This document shows, piece by piece, positions 26,023 through 35,220 of a stretch of DNA of 48,500 bases (position 1 is its first letter; every line of letters starts with the position of its first letter). Both the position numbers and the translations under genes were made by a program. The DNA comes from Deltaproteobacteria bacterium. Lineage in GTDB: Bacteria; Myxococcota; JACRCW01; JAFGSX01. The notes under the pieces were generated by a model that ran no database searches, was not told where the DNA came from, and was given only the letters and a program-made list of their open reading frames with translations. The stretch spans positions 1 through 48,500 of the forward strand of contig JAFGSX010000608.1 of NCBI GenBank assembly GCA_016934455.1, read 5' to 3'.

Positions 26023-27471
26023 TCACTTGAGATCCTCCTCGGTGGGCGCCTTGAGCCGCGGATCCGTGACCGGCATGTCGAGATCGCTGTCGTCGGAGAT
26101 ATCGTCCTCGACGCTGGTGCCGTCGGCCTGGGCAGCATCGCTCCCGGCCGCCTCCTCGGCCGCCGCCCGCAGCGGATCCTGCTGAAACAGGACCAGCGCG
26201 CCGCGACCGACCAGCCGGTCGGCCGGATGCTTGGCGTAGACGTGACCGAGCACGTCGGACATGGTCTGGCATCGCTGGTCGAGCTGATCGCGCGTCATGC
26301 GGTCGAACAGGTCGTCGAGGTGCGCCGGCACCTCCTGGTTGACCGCCGACGGCATCGGCGAGCGGCGACCGGGCAGGCTGCCGGTCAGCATCTCGTAGAG
26401 CATGATGCCCAGCGCATATACATCGGCCGCGGGACCGACCGGCTCCTGGCCGTGCAACTGCTCGGGCGCCATGTAGCTCGGCGCGCCGACGCCGACGTAG
26501 ACCGGCGCCGACTGCGAGCTGTCCTTCTCGGTGACGCGGGTCAGACCGAAGTCGGTGAGCTTGACGTTGCCCATGCGGTCGAACAGCACGTTCTCGGGCT
26601 TGAGGTTGGCGTGCACCACCCCCTGGGCGTGCGCATAGTCGAGCGCGTAGGCGATCTGCATCAGATAGCGCATAGCGACGTCGACCGGGATGGCGGTCTG
26701 GCTGCGGCCGTCGACTTTGGCGTGGAACAGCCGCTCCTTGAGCGAGCCGCCCTGGGCGTAGTCGGTTACCAGATAAGGAAAAGTGATCTCGAAGTCGACG
26801 TCGTGGATGGGCATCACGTGCGGATGCTCGAGCGAGCTCTGGGCGATCACCTCGCGCCGCAACCGGCGGATGATCTCGTCGCGCGACAGGTACGAGATAA
26901 ATTCGAAGACGTGTCTCACCTCCTTGATCGCGACCGCGTTGCCGAGCAGCACGTCCTTGCCGCGGTAGACGGTGCCCAGGCTGCCCTGCCCGATCGCGTC
27001 GTAGCGCACGTAGCGTTCGGCGATCAGGTCCTCGTCGGGGTTGGCCGCGGCAGGCCGGCCCGCGATCTCGTTGACCGGCGCCAGGCCGGGCTTGGTCGCC
27101 GTGTGCAACGGCGGCGGCCGCATCGGAGTGGCGGCGGTGCGGGTCGACTCGCCGCCGCGCACCCGGCTGGCGAAGTGCAGCGCGATGTCGGTGTGAAAAT
27201 TGGGATCGTCGAGCCCCTCGGAGATCAACCGGCCGCGCTCGGTCACGGTCACCGTGTTGCTGGTGCGATCGATGGCGAGGTAGGCGCCTTTTTTGAGAAA
27301 GGCGCAGTAATCGGCAAAGCCCAGCGACAGGCTCGGCTCGAGCAGCTTCTCGGCCTCGGTCAACGCCACCGTGTTGCCAAACAGATCGTCGCGCAGCAGC
27401 GTGCGCAGCAGAAAACGCGCCTCCTCGGTGATCTTCTCGATGGTCGGGATCGCGTCGGGACGTTTGGCCAT
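26023..27471 (-). CDS. Hanks-type Ser/Thr protein kinase-fold protein with non-canonical catalytic loop (HAN for HRD); probable pseudokinase or atypical kinase
   Basis: The Gly loop (IGQGSLGTVY), VAIK Lys (AVAIKEV), DFG (LTDFG) and APE (YMAPE) are all present. The catalytic loop reads VVHANLKPENVLF. An unassigned N-terminal domain of about 150 aa precedes the kinase fold. RBS GGAGAA lies after the upstream gene's TAA. Confidence 0.85.
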   Translation of the reverse strand: MAKRPDAIPTIEKITEEARFLLRTLLRDDLFGNTVALTEAEKLLEPSLSLGFADYCAFLKKGAYLAIDRTSNTVTVTERGRLISEGLDDPNFHTDIALHFASRVRGGESTRTAATPMRPPPLHTATKPGLAPVNEIAGRPAAANPDEDLIAERYVRYDAIGQGSLGTVYRGKDVLLGNAVAIKEVRHVFEFISYLSRDEIIRRLRREVIAQSSLEHPHVMPIHDVDFEITFPYLVTDYAQGGSLKERLFHAKVDGRSQTAIPVDVAMRYLMQIAYALDYAHAQGVVHANLKPENVLFDRMGNVKLTDFGLTRVTEKDSSQSAPVYVGVGAPSYMAPEQLHGQEPVGPAADVYALGIMLYEMLTGSLPGRRSPMPSAVNQEVPAHLDDLFDRMTRDQLDQRCQTMSDVLGHVYAKHPADRLVGRGALVLFQQDPLRAAAEEAAGSDAAQADGTSVEDDISDDSDLDMPVTDPRLKAPTEEDLK

Positions 27472-27483
27472 GGGCGCTTCTCC

Positions 27484-29316
27484 TTACAGCTCGATGTTCT
27501 TCAGGCCTGACGGCAGTGGTTTTCCCGGGCGCGCGTAAAAGGTCACCAGCGGCACACCCTCGAGGTAGACGCCGGCGATCGGCGCCCGCGTCTGGTACTC
27601 CTTCCAGACCTGGTAATACTCCTCGACGTAGCCGACCTGGTGAAAAATGATGGCGTAGTCGGAACCGCGTACGTCGGATGCGTAGTGGACCGTGCCCTTG
27701 AGCAGACCATCTCGCTTGTACCGGTTGAAGGAGTCGAAGTTGGTGCGGTGAAAGAAGACCCGCGCGCCGTCGGGCAGTCGATTCATGGCGTCGATGATCA
27801 GGCGATGCCCGGCGTGGCCCCAGAAGGTGCGCTGCAGGTTGTGCTCGGCGCCGCCTCGGATCAGACCGGCAAAAGAGTTGTAGTAACTGTCGCCGTTGCC
27901 GACGGTGACCGCGGTCCCGATCAGCGACGGCAGCAGCGCCAGCGCGACCAGGCCGCCGGTCCACCAGGGCCGCCAGCGCGCCGCGAACAGCCGACCGGTC
28001 GCGTCGATCGCACGCTCCAGCGCCAGCGCCGCGAACAGGGCGACAAAGGGCGTCGCCGGCATCCAGTGCTTGATGCCGCCGAACCTGGGCGTGCTGGGCA
28101 GCGCGATCAGCGCCAGCGGGAAGACCGCCATCATGCCCCACATCAACATGGTCGACGGTGGCCGGTCGCCGTCGACGCTGGTCGGGCCGTCTGCCGGCAA
28201 CAGCCGCCCGCGCCAGCCGCGCCACAGCGTGCGCAGACCGATCCCCATCCCGATCAGGCCGAGCAGCAGCGTGGTCTCGGGCATGGTGTACCAGGTCATC
28301 ACCCACGGAAAGCTGAACGGGAACGGAGGACGCACCAGCAGCACGTCGCCGTAGGCGACCGGATAGTGCTCGTGGTTCAGGTGGTAGCCGAGATAGCCGC
28401 CGAAGCGCTCGATGGGATGGTGCCAGAGATACGGCCAGTGCAGATACATGATCAGGGGTGCGAACACCAGAATGAAGGCGAAGGTGAGCGGAATCGGCGG
28501 CAGCCGCAATCCGCCGCCAGGCCGCGTGTCGACCTCGAACTCGCGCCAGCGCGTCACCGCGAAATGGCAGACCAGCAAGATGACGAGAAACAGCGCGTTG
28601 TGCTTGGTGGCGCAGGCCAGTCCGAACACGATGCCGGCCACGACCGCCCCCGCCAACGAGCGGCGCCCCGCCAGGTAGGTGTAGACGACCAGCACCGTCA
28701 TGGCGGTGACCGGCACGTCGAAGCAGGCCAGGTGGCTATGAAAAAAATTGTGCGGCATGAGCCACCAGGCCATGCCGGCAAAGACGGCGACGGGCCGCCC
28801 CAGCCCGGCGCGGCGCGCCAGGGCGTAGGTGCCCGCGGTGCAGATCGCGGCGGCCAGCGCGCCGACGACTCGAAAGCCCTCGCCACCCGAGGTGATGCCG
28901 AGCACGTCGTGGGTGAACCACCAGCAAAAACCCATCAGCGTCTTAATCAGCACCGGGTGCTCGTGATTGTAGTCCCAGTGGCGCACGATGGTGGCGTCGC
29001 TGAAGGTCTCGAGCAGCCGCCCCGACCACAGGTTGCGCCAGAGCAGACGGAACCATTCGAAGTACTGCTCGCCCGCCTTGAAGTAGTACCCCTCGTCGCG
29101 AACAAAGCCGACCCAGCGCCCGGTGGCGCGCACCGCGCCGTAACAGAGCAGCGCCAGGAGCAGGCCGATGCCTAGATCCGGGCGCGACAGCACCCGTCGC
29201 CACACCCGGATCGGCCACGCCGGGACTGCGGGCGCCGCTGGTGACGGCGCGGCTGTCGACGCCGCGGGCGATGGCGCGGGCGACTGGTCCGGCGGGCTGC
29301 CTTCGTTCATGTGCAC
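27484..29316 (-). CDS. GT-C glycosyltransferase, family 39/83-like (PMT/ArnT-type)
   Basis: Polytopic protein. A DEGYY motif sits in the first extracytoplasmic loop (FVRDEGYYFKAGEQY), with ATKHNALF and many aromatic-rich TM helices. An ATG two codons inside (29310) is an alternative start. Confidence 0.8.
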   Translation of the reverse strand: MHMNEGSPPDQSPAPSPAASTAAPSPAAPAVPAWPIRVWRRVLSRPDLGIGLLLALLCYGAVRATGRWVGFVRDEGYYFKAGEQYFEWFRLLWRNLWSGRLLETFSDATIVRHWDYNHEHPVLIKTLMGFCWWFTHDVLGITSGGEGFRVVGALAAAICTAGTYALARRAGLGRPVAVFAGMAWWLMPHNFFHSHLACFDVPVTAMTVLVVYTYLAGRRSLAGAVVAGIVFGLACATKHNALFLVILLVCHFAVTRWREFEVDTRPGGGLRLPPIPLTFAFILVFAPLIMYLHWPYLWHHPIERFGGYLGYHLNHEHYPVAYGDVLLVRPPFPFSFPWVMTWYTMPETTLLLGLIGMGIGLRTLWRGWRGRLLPADGPTSVDGDRPPSTMLMWGMMAVFPLALIALPSTPRFGGIKHWMPATPFVALFAALALERAIDATGRLFAARWRPWWTGGLVALALLPSLIGTAVTVGNGDSYYNSFAGLIRGGAEHNLQRTFWGHAGHRLIIDAMNRLPDGARVFFHRTNFDSFNRYKRDGLLKGTVHYASDVRGSDYAIIFHQVGYVEEYYQVWKEYQTRAPIAGVYLEGVPLVTFYARPGKPLPSGLKNIEL

Positions 29317-29404
29317 GACCTATCGCGAACCGGCCACGCTTGGCAACTGCGAGCGTGCGCTCCGTCACAGTGCCCTGTTTTTTTTTGTGCGGTTACACCG
29401 AGTG

Positions 29405-30247
29405 ATGGATAATGCGGACATGGCTCCACAAGGCGTCGCGATAAGATTCTACGGTGTGCGCGGGAGCCTGACCGTGCCGGGTGCGGACACGGTGCGCGTC
29501 GGTGGCAACACCTCGTGCGTCCTCTACTCCGTGGGCGACGAGATGATCGTGCTCGACAGCGGATCCGGCATCCGGGTGCTGGGCAACGAGCTGATGCGGC
29601 AGAAAAAGTCGATCCGCGCCAACGTGCTGCTCAGCCATTACCACTGGGATCATCTGCTGGGGCTGCCCTTCTTCGCGCCGATCTACTCGCCCACCACCGA
29701 GCTGGCATTTCACGGCGAGCACAAGTTCGACTCGGGAGTCAAGGAGGAGATCCAGAAACAGTTCATGGGGCCCAACTTCCCGGTCGAGCGCAAGGATCTC
29801 AGCTCAAAGCTCAGCTTTCACGACATCAAGCCGGGCGACCGGCTCGCCTTTGGCGAGGCGCAGGTGACGGTGTTTCGCCTCAACCACCCCAACCTTTGCC
29901 TCGGCTTCTGCATCGAGGCGCGCGGCACCAAGCTGGTCTACGCCACGGACCACGAGCAGGGTACCGCCGCCGACGCCGACCTCGTCTCCATCGCGCGCGA
30001 CGCCGATTGTCTGATCTACGACGCCATGTACACGCAGGAGGAGTACTCCAGCCGCGCCACGGGCTGGGGCCACTCGACCTGGAACGAGGGCGTGCGCATC
30101 GCCGGAGCGGCCAGGGTCAAACAGCTCTTTTTGTTTCACCACGATCCCGATCGCGACGACGACGAGGTGGACGCGATCGAGGCCGCGGCCAAGCGGGCTC
30201 ATCCGCACAGCGCCGCCGCCCGCGAGGGCGTCGAGCACGTATTCTAG
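29405..30247 (+). CDS. MBL-fold metallo-hydrolase
   Basis: Starts MDNADMAPQGVAIRFYGVRGS. HxHxDH motif (LLSHYHWDHLLG), with downstream ATDHE and GWGHST metal-ligand blocks. The upstream part of the 29168 ORF overlaps the divergent GT39 gene. Confidence 0.85.
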   Translation: MDNADMAPQGVAIRFYGVRGSLTVPGADTVRVGGNTSCVLYSVGDEMIVLDSGSGIRVLGNELMRQKKSIRANVLLSHYHWDHLLGLPFFAPIYSPTTELAFHGEHKFDSGVKEEIQKQFMGPNFPVERKDLSSKLSFHDIKPGDRLAFGEAQVTVFRLNHPNLCLGFCIEARGTKLVYATDHEQGTAADADLVSIARDADCLIYDAMYTQEEYSSRATGWGHSTWNEGVRIAGAARVKQLFLFHHDPDRDDDEVDAIEAAAKRAHPHSAAAREGVEHVF

Positions 30248-30298
30248 AAACGGCACCGGCGCAGTGCATCGCCCCGCACCGCGTGGCATAATGTCTCC

Positions 30299-33238
30299 AT
30301 GCCTGTGCTGACGTCGCTGCTCGGAGCTCTGCTGTCGCTCGCAGCAAGCGCTGCGTTCTCAGCGCCGCCTTCGCTGGCCGATCCCGAGAGCGGGGTGCGC
30401 GAGATCCGCACCTCCGGCGAGCGCGCCGTGGTGGTGGTCGGGCCGGGCTTCTTCGCTCGCCACGCCGACGAGGAGGTCGCCGAGCAGGACCGCATCGACG
30501 CGGTGCTCGGCCTGCTCGCCGATCGCGGCGGGTATCGCGATGTCCGGTTCCTGATCGACGACGGCAGCGGTGATCCGCGACCACCGCCGCGGCACCGGGT
30601 GCCGCCGCTGCCGCGCGCCGGCCGGGTGCCGCCGCCGCGACGGCTGGTCGCGCCGCCGGTCGGCACCTTTCCCTATGGCGCACCGCTGCTCGGCAAAGTG
30701 GTCGCGATCTCGGCCGGACACGGCTGGCTCGCGAGCGGCGACGGCTGGGCCACGCAGCGCTCGCGCTACTCGTTCGACGGCTGCGGCACCTGCCGCGGCA
30801 TCCTGGAGGACTTTTCGAACAACGATCTCGCCGTGCGCCACGTGATCCCGTTGCTCGAGGCCGCTGGCGCCAGCGTGATCGTGGTGCGGGAGCGCGAGCT
30901 GAGCGAGCAGCTCGATCTGATCGACGACGGCGACGCTCGGTACGCCGAGAGCGGCGCTTTCAGCGAAGGATCGAGCGCCGGCGGCTGGGGCGACGACTAC
31001 CGGGTCTCGGCGGCGGGCGCCGGCGGCCACGCCAGCTTCGCGCTCGATCCGGACCTGTCGGGGCCGCTGCTGGTCACGCTCTACTACCTGGCCGGCAGCA
31101 ACCGCACCAGCGCCGCCCTGGTCGACGTCGTCGACAGCGCCGGAACCACCCGCTACCAGATCGACATGCGCGATTTTGGCCAGCGCTTCACGCCGCTCGG
31201 GGTGCACTGGTTCGCCCCCGGCCAGACGGCGCGGATCGAGGTCGGGCCCGGCGGCGACGACGGCTACCTGATCGCCGACGCGGTGCGGGTGGGCGGCGGG
31301 ATCCACAGCAGCGGCCATCCGTGGTGGGAGATGGGCGCGGTCAGCTACGTCCCGTATACCGGCGTCCCGGCCTCGGTCTCCGCCTACGGCGACGTCACGA
31401 TCCGCCCGGTCTATGCCGAGTACGTCGGCGCCGACGTCTACCTCTCGATTCACTCCAACGCCAGCGGCAGCACCGGCACCGTCTCCGGCACCTCGACCTA
31501 CCGCTTCAACTGCCTCTCCTACAGCGACCACTCGGCGGATCCGCCGGCCGCCGATTGCGACGACCCGGTGGGCAGCGACCGGCTGCAGGAGCTGGTGCAC
31601 GACAGCGTGGTGGCGGGGCTGCGCGCCGACTGGGACCCCAACTGGTGCGATTTCGGTACCCGGGTGGCCAACTTCGGCGAGCTGCGCGAGCTGGTTGACA
31701 CGCCCGGCGCCCTGATCGAGATCGCGTTTCACGACAACCTCGGCGCGCCCACCTGCTCCAGCGGCCCGGCCCCCCGCCAGGGCGACAACAAGAGCCTGCA
31801 CGATCCCCGCTTCCGGCGCCTCGTCGGCCGGGGCATCTACCGGGGGCTGCTCGAGTTCCTGGCACCCGGCTCCCTGGCGGTGCTGCCGCCACCCGACCAT
31901 CTCGTGGCCACCTCGACCGGTGACGGCCGGCTGCGCGTGCGCTGGCGCCCGGTGCTGGATGCGCTCGGCTACCGCGTCTATCGCAGCCGCGGAGCCTCCG
32001 GTTTCGACCGCGGCAGCGATGTCGAAACCGAAGAGGCGAGCTTCGACGACGGCGTGCCGCTCGAGCCCCAGTGCGTGCGCGTCGCCACCCTCAACGCCGG
32101 CGGCTATGGCTCGCCCAGCGCCACGCTCTGCGCCCGGCCGCGCCTGGCCCGGACCCTGGAGGCCCCGGCGCAGGTGCTGGTGGTCGACGGTTTCGACCGC
32201 GAGGACCCCTGGGTGCAGGAGATCGACAACCAGCACAACTCCAGCCTGGCTTACGCGCAGGCCGTCGCCGCCATCAGCGCCTTCGACGCGGTGGTCGACG
32301 CCGCTCAGGACGAGGCCGTGGTCGACGGCGACATCGAGCTCGCTGGCTATCGCGCGGTGCTGTTCGCGTTTGGACTCGAATCGACCGCCGATCGCACTTT
32401 TACCAGCGAGCTGCAGGCGCTGCTGGCTACCTACACCGCCGCCGGCGGAGCCGTCGTCGCCAGCGGCGCCGAGATCGGCTACGAGCTATGGCTCAGCGGC
32501 GACAGCGCCGATCAGGAGTTCGTGCGCGCCCGGTTCGGCGCCGACTATCTCGACGACGACGCGGCCAGCCACCAGGTTCAGGCCGGCAGCGGCGACCTGT
32601 TTGCCGGGCTGGCGCCGTTTTCGTTTTGTTGCGAGGGCGCCAGCGGGGAGTCGTGGCAGTACCAAGTGCACTGGCCCGACGTCTACGGCGCGATCGGCAG
32701 CGGCGCCGAGGCCGTGCTGAGCTACCCCGACGGCAGCGGCGCCGCCATCGCCCGCGACGAAGGCGCCAGGTCCGTGCTCGTCGGCTTTCCGCTCGAGGCC
32801 GCGATCGGAGCCGACGTCCGGCGCGACCTGCTCGAGCGCATCCTGCGCTTCGTCACCCCCGACCTGCCCAGCGGCGATCTCGACCTCGACGGCATGCCCG
32901 ACGCCTTCGAGCAGCAGTACGGCCTCGATCCGGCCGACGCCGCGGACGCCAGCGCCGACGCGGACGGCGACGGCAGCACTAACCTCGAGGAGTACCTGGC
33001 CGGGACCGATCCGACCGAGGGTCTGCCGCGCGACGACGGTGGCCACGTCATCTACCGCGATGCCGCGGGCGGTGCGGACGGCGGCGGCAGCGGCGGCGAC
33101 CTGCCTCCGGGCAGCGGCTGCGGCGGATGCAGTTGCCGCGCGGCGTCGGTCGCCGGAGCGCTTCCGATGGCTCTGCTCGTCCTCTTTGCGGCCGTCGCCC
33201 GCCGGCGATCGGGGCCGCGCGATCGATCGCCGTGGTGA
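30299..33238 (+). CDS. N-acetylmuramoyl-L-alanine amidase (Amidase_3-like) with inserted carbohydrate-binding-like domain, FN3, TSP3-like Ca motif and MYXO-CTERM-like tail
   Basis: The signal peptide is LLSLAASAAFSAP. The amidase blocks are split: VVAISAGHGW ... ADVYLSIHSNA ... GALIEIAFHDN. The FN3-like segment is LVATSTGDGRLRVRWRPVLDALGYRVYR. DADGDGSTNLEEYLAGTDP follows, and the tail is GSGCGGCSCRAASVAGALPMALLVLFAAVARRR. Confidence 0.8.
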   Translation: MPVLTSLLGALLSLAASAAFSAPPSLADPESGVREIRTSGERAVVVVGPGFFARHADEEVAEQDRIDAVLGLLADRGGYRDVRFLIDDGSGDPRPPPRHRVPPLPRAGRVPPPRRLVAPPVGTFPYGAPLLGKVVAISAGHGWLASGDGWATQRSRYSFDGCGTCRGILEDFSNNDLAVRHVIPLLEAAGASVIVVRERELSEQLDLIDDGDARYAESGAFSEGSSAGGWGDDYRVSAAGAGGHASFALDPDLSGPLLVTLYYLAGSNRTSAALVDVVDSAGTTRYQIDMRDFGQRFTPLGVHWFAPGQTARIEVGPGGDDGYLIADAVRVGGGIHSSGHPWWEMGAVSYVPYTGVPASVSAYGDVTIRPVYAEYVGADVYLSIHSNASGSTGTVSGTSTYRFNCLSYSDHSADPPAADCDDPVGSDRLQELVHDSVVAGLRADWDPNWCDFGTRVANFGELRELVDTPGALIEIAFHDNLGAPTCSSGPAPRQGDNKSLHDPRFRRLVGRGIYRGLLEFLAPGSLAVLPPPDHLVATSTGDGRLRVRWRPVLDALGYRVYRSRGASGFDRGSDVETEEASFDDGVPLEPQCVRVATLNAGGYGSPSATLCARPRLARTLEAPAQVLVVDGFDREDPWVQEIDNQHNSSLAYAQAVAAISAFDAVVDAAQDEAVVDGDIELAGYRAVLFAFGLESTADRTFTSELQALLATYTAAGGAVVASGAEIGYELWLSGDSADQEFVRARFGADYLDDDAASHQVQAGSGDLFAGLAPFSFCCEGASGESWQYQVHWPDVYGAIGSGAEAVLSYPDGSGAAIARDEGARSVLVGFPLEAAIGADVRRDLLERILRFVTPDLPSGDLDLDGMPDAFEQQYGLDPADAADASADADGDGSTNLEEYLAGTDPTEGLPRDDGGHVIYRDAAGGADGGGSGGDLPPGSGCGGCSCRAASVAGALPMALLVLFAAVARRRSGPRDRSPW

Positions 33239-33349
33239 TCGAAATCTCGGCCAAAAAATAGACGGCGCCAGGCGGCGGCCTTAGGGTGAAGTTGTGGCCG
33301 GCGCGTTCCAGCCAGCGCTCGACGGCGTCGCCGGTCGCAGGAGGTCGCC

Positions 33350-33757
33350 ATGGCAGAACTCTACGATGACCTTCCCCTGGGAGTGCTCAAGCCGATTCCG
33401 GCCCTGCCCGAGACCCGCCGCGAGCCGCGCTGCGTCGTCGACGCCCGGGTCTGGCTCAAGTCTCGCCACGGCCTGGACCGGGCCTCGCTCGTCGATCTGA
33501 GCCGCGAGGGCGCCTTCGTGGAGACCGATCTCGACCTGGCTCCGGGAACGGCGCTGCGCCTGCGCTGCTTTCTGCCCGACGGCGGCAGCCCGTTCTCGCT
33601 CTGGGCGCGCTCGGTCCGCCGCAGCCGCGATGGCGACCGGTGCCGGGGCCTGGGTCTGCGCTTTGCACACCTGCGGCGCGAGGCGCGCGAACGGATCGAC
33701 CGGTTCCTCGAGCGGCGTGCCGCGATCGACCGCTGGAGCGCGCAGTACGCTATTTGA
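33350..33757 (+). CDS. PilZ domain protein (putative c-di-GMP receptor)
   Basis: AGGAGG RBS. Both PilZ signature motifs are present with canonical spacing: RxxxR (RREPR, nt 33416-33430) and D-x-S-x-x-G (DLSREG, nt 33494-33511). Confidence 0.8.
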   Translation: MAELYDDLPLGVLKPIPALPETRREPRCVVDARVWLKSRHGLDRASLVDLSREGAFVETDLDLAPGTALRLRCFLPDGGSPFSLWARSVRRSRDGDRCRGLGLRFAHLRREARERIDRFLERRAAIDRWSAQYAI

Positions 33758-33825
33758 TCCCGCCCGCGACTGGCCTCGGACCCCGTCAAATGCTAGAAAA
33801 AACAGCAGGTAGCGACGGGGGTCGC

Positions 33826-35220
33826 ATGTCCAAACTGCTGGGTACGATGCTGGTCGAGGCCGGGGTCATCAGCGCCGATCAGCTAGCCGCCACCCTGGCG
33901 CGACAGCGGAGCTTCGGCGGCCGCCTGGCCACGCTGTGCTGGCACCTCGGTCTGGCCGACGAGCGGACGCTCGCCGTCGTGCTCAGCCGGCAGCTCGGCG
34001 TGCCGTGCGTCGTGCTCTCGCGCAGCGCGATCCCGCTCCGGGCCGCCAAGGAGCTGCCCCAGGGAGCGGCGACCAAGCTGACGGCACTGCCGCTGCGGCG
34101 AGAGGGACGCAGCCTGCTGGTGGCGCTGGCCAATCCCAAGGACTACAGCGCGCTCGACGAGCTGCGCTTCGGCACCGGCGCCCGGATCGTCGAGCACGGC
34201 GCGCTGGTCGGCCCCCTGCAGCGAGCCATCGACGACATCTACCAGCGGCGCGAGCTGACCGCGACCCCGTTCTACCTGGGCAGCGCTGCCGACCCGTCGC
34301 AGATCCAGGGCGACGAGGGCATTCTCGAGATCGTGCGCGGCGACGAGATCGTGCGCGCCGGGGGCGACAGCGTGGTCGGCGCGCCGCGCGCCTGGGGCGA
34401 TCACGACGCGGTGGGAGCGGTGGCGCGGGCGGCGCCCGCCGCGCGCCAGGGCGGCCCGCCGATCGCGCTGGTTGTCGACGACGAGCCCGCCATCCGGCAG
34501 ATCCTGTGCGAGTTTCTCGGCCGCAGCGGTTACACGGTGCGCCAGGCCGCCGACGGCACGGCGGCGCTGCAGATGCTGCAGGCCGAGCTGCCCGACGTCA
34601 TCTTGCTCGACGCCATGCTGCCGGGGGTGCACGGCTTCGACATCTGCTACCGCGTCAAGCACTCGCAGGCGACCAAGCACGTCCGCGTGATCATGATCAG
34701 CGCCATCTACCGCGGGTGGCGCTACGCCGACGACGTGCAGCGGCTGTACGGCGCCGATGCCTTTCTCGAAAAACCCTTTCGGCTGGAAGACCTCAAGCGG
34801 CTGCTCGACCAGACGCTGAGCGGCCGGGAAACCGCCGCCTCGACCGACGACCTCACCGCCCAGGCCAACGCGCTGCTGCAGCAGGCGGCCGCGTCGTACC
34901 GCGGTGGCGATCCGGCGCTGGCCGCGCGGCAGCTCGAGGCGGCGATCGCGGCCGCGCCGTTTGCCGCCGATCTGCATTTTCGGTTGAGCCGCCTGTACGA
35001 CGAGATCAACCAACCGTACCGCGCCATCGCCGCGCTCGAGCGCGCGGTCGAGCTGCAGCCGGCATTCGAGCATCTGCAGGCGCTGGCGCGCCTGTACGAG
35101 AAGGCAGGCTTTGTCCACAAGGCCTTCGAGGCCTGGGAGCGCTGCTTCTGGGCCTGTCCAGGCCCCCAGGAATCCGAGCGCATTCGAGACCACATGAACC
35201 GGCTGCTGCCGGGGAGCTGA
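33826..35220 (+). CDS. MshEN/GspE-N-terminal-like domain, response-regulator receiver and TPR protein
   Basis: The N-terminus (LLGTMLVEAGVISADQLAATLARQ, RSFGG, RLATLCWHLGLADERTLAVVLSRQ) fits two 24-residue MshEN-type motifs separated by 5 residues. The REC domain has VVDDE, DVILLDAMLPG and FLEKPF. The C-terminus is TPR-like. An alternative ATG lies at 33790. Confidence 0.8.
   Translation: MSKLLGTMLVEAGVISADQLAATLARQRSFGGRLATLCWHLGLADERTLAVVLSRQLGVPCVVLSRSAIPLRAAKELPQGAATKLTALPLRREGRSLLVALANPKDYSALDELRFGTGARIVEHGALVGPLQRAIDDIYQRRELTATPFYLGSAADPSQIQGDEGILEIVRGDEIVRAGGDSVVGAPRAWGDHDAVGAVARAAPAARQGGPPIALVVDDEPAIRQILCEFLGRSGYTVRQAADGTAALQMLQAELPDVILLDAMLPGVHGFDICYRVKHSQATKHVRVIMISAIYRGWRYADDVQRLYGADAFLEKPFRLEDLKRLLDQTLSGRETAASTDDLTAQANALLQQAAASYRGGDPALAARQLEAAIAAAPFAADLHFRLSRLYDEINQPYRAIAALERAVELQPAFEHLQALARLYEKAGFVHKAFEAWERCFWACPGPQESERIRDHMNRLLPGS

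Noticed and set aside
29341-29358. The sigma-54-like sequence TGGCAACTGCGAGCGTGC upstream of the MBL hydrolase gene.
   Set aside because: The GG-to-GC spacing is one nucleotide short (GC at positions 13-14 instead of 14-15). Sigma-54 promoters do not tolerate spacing changes.
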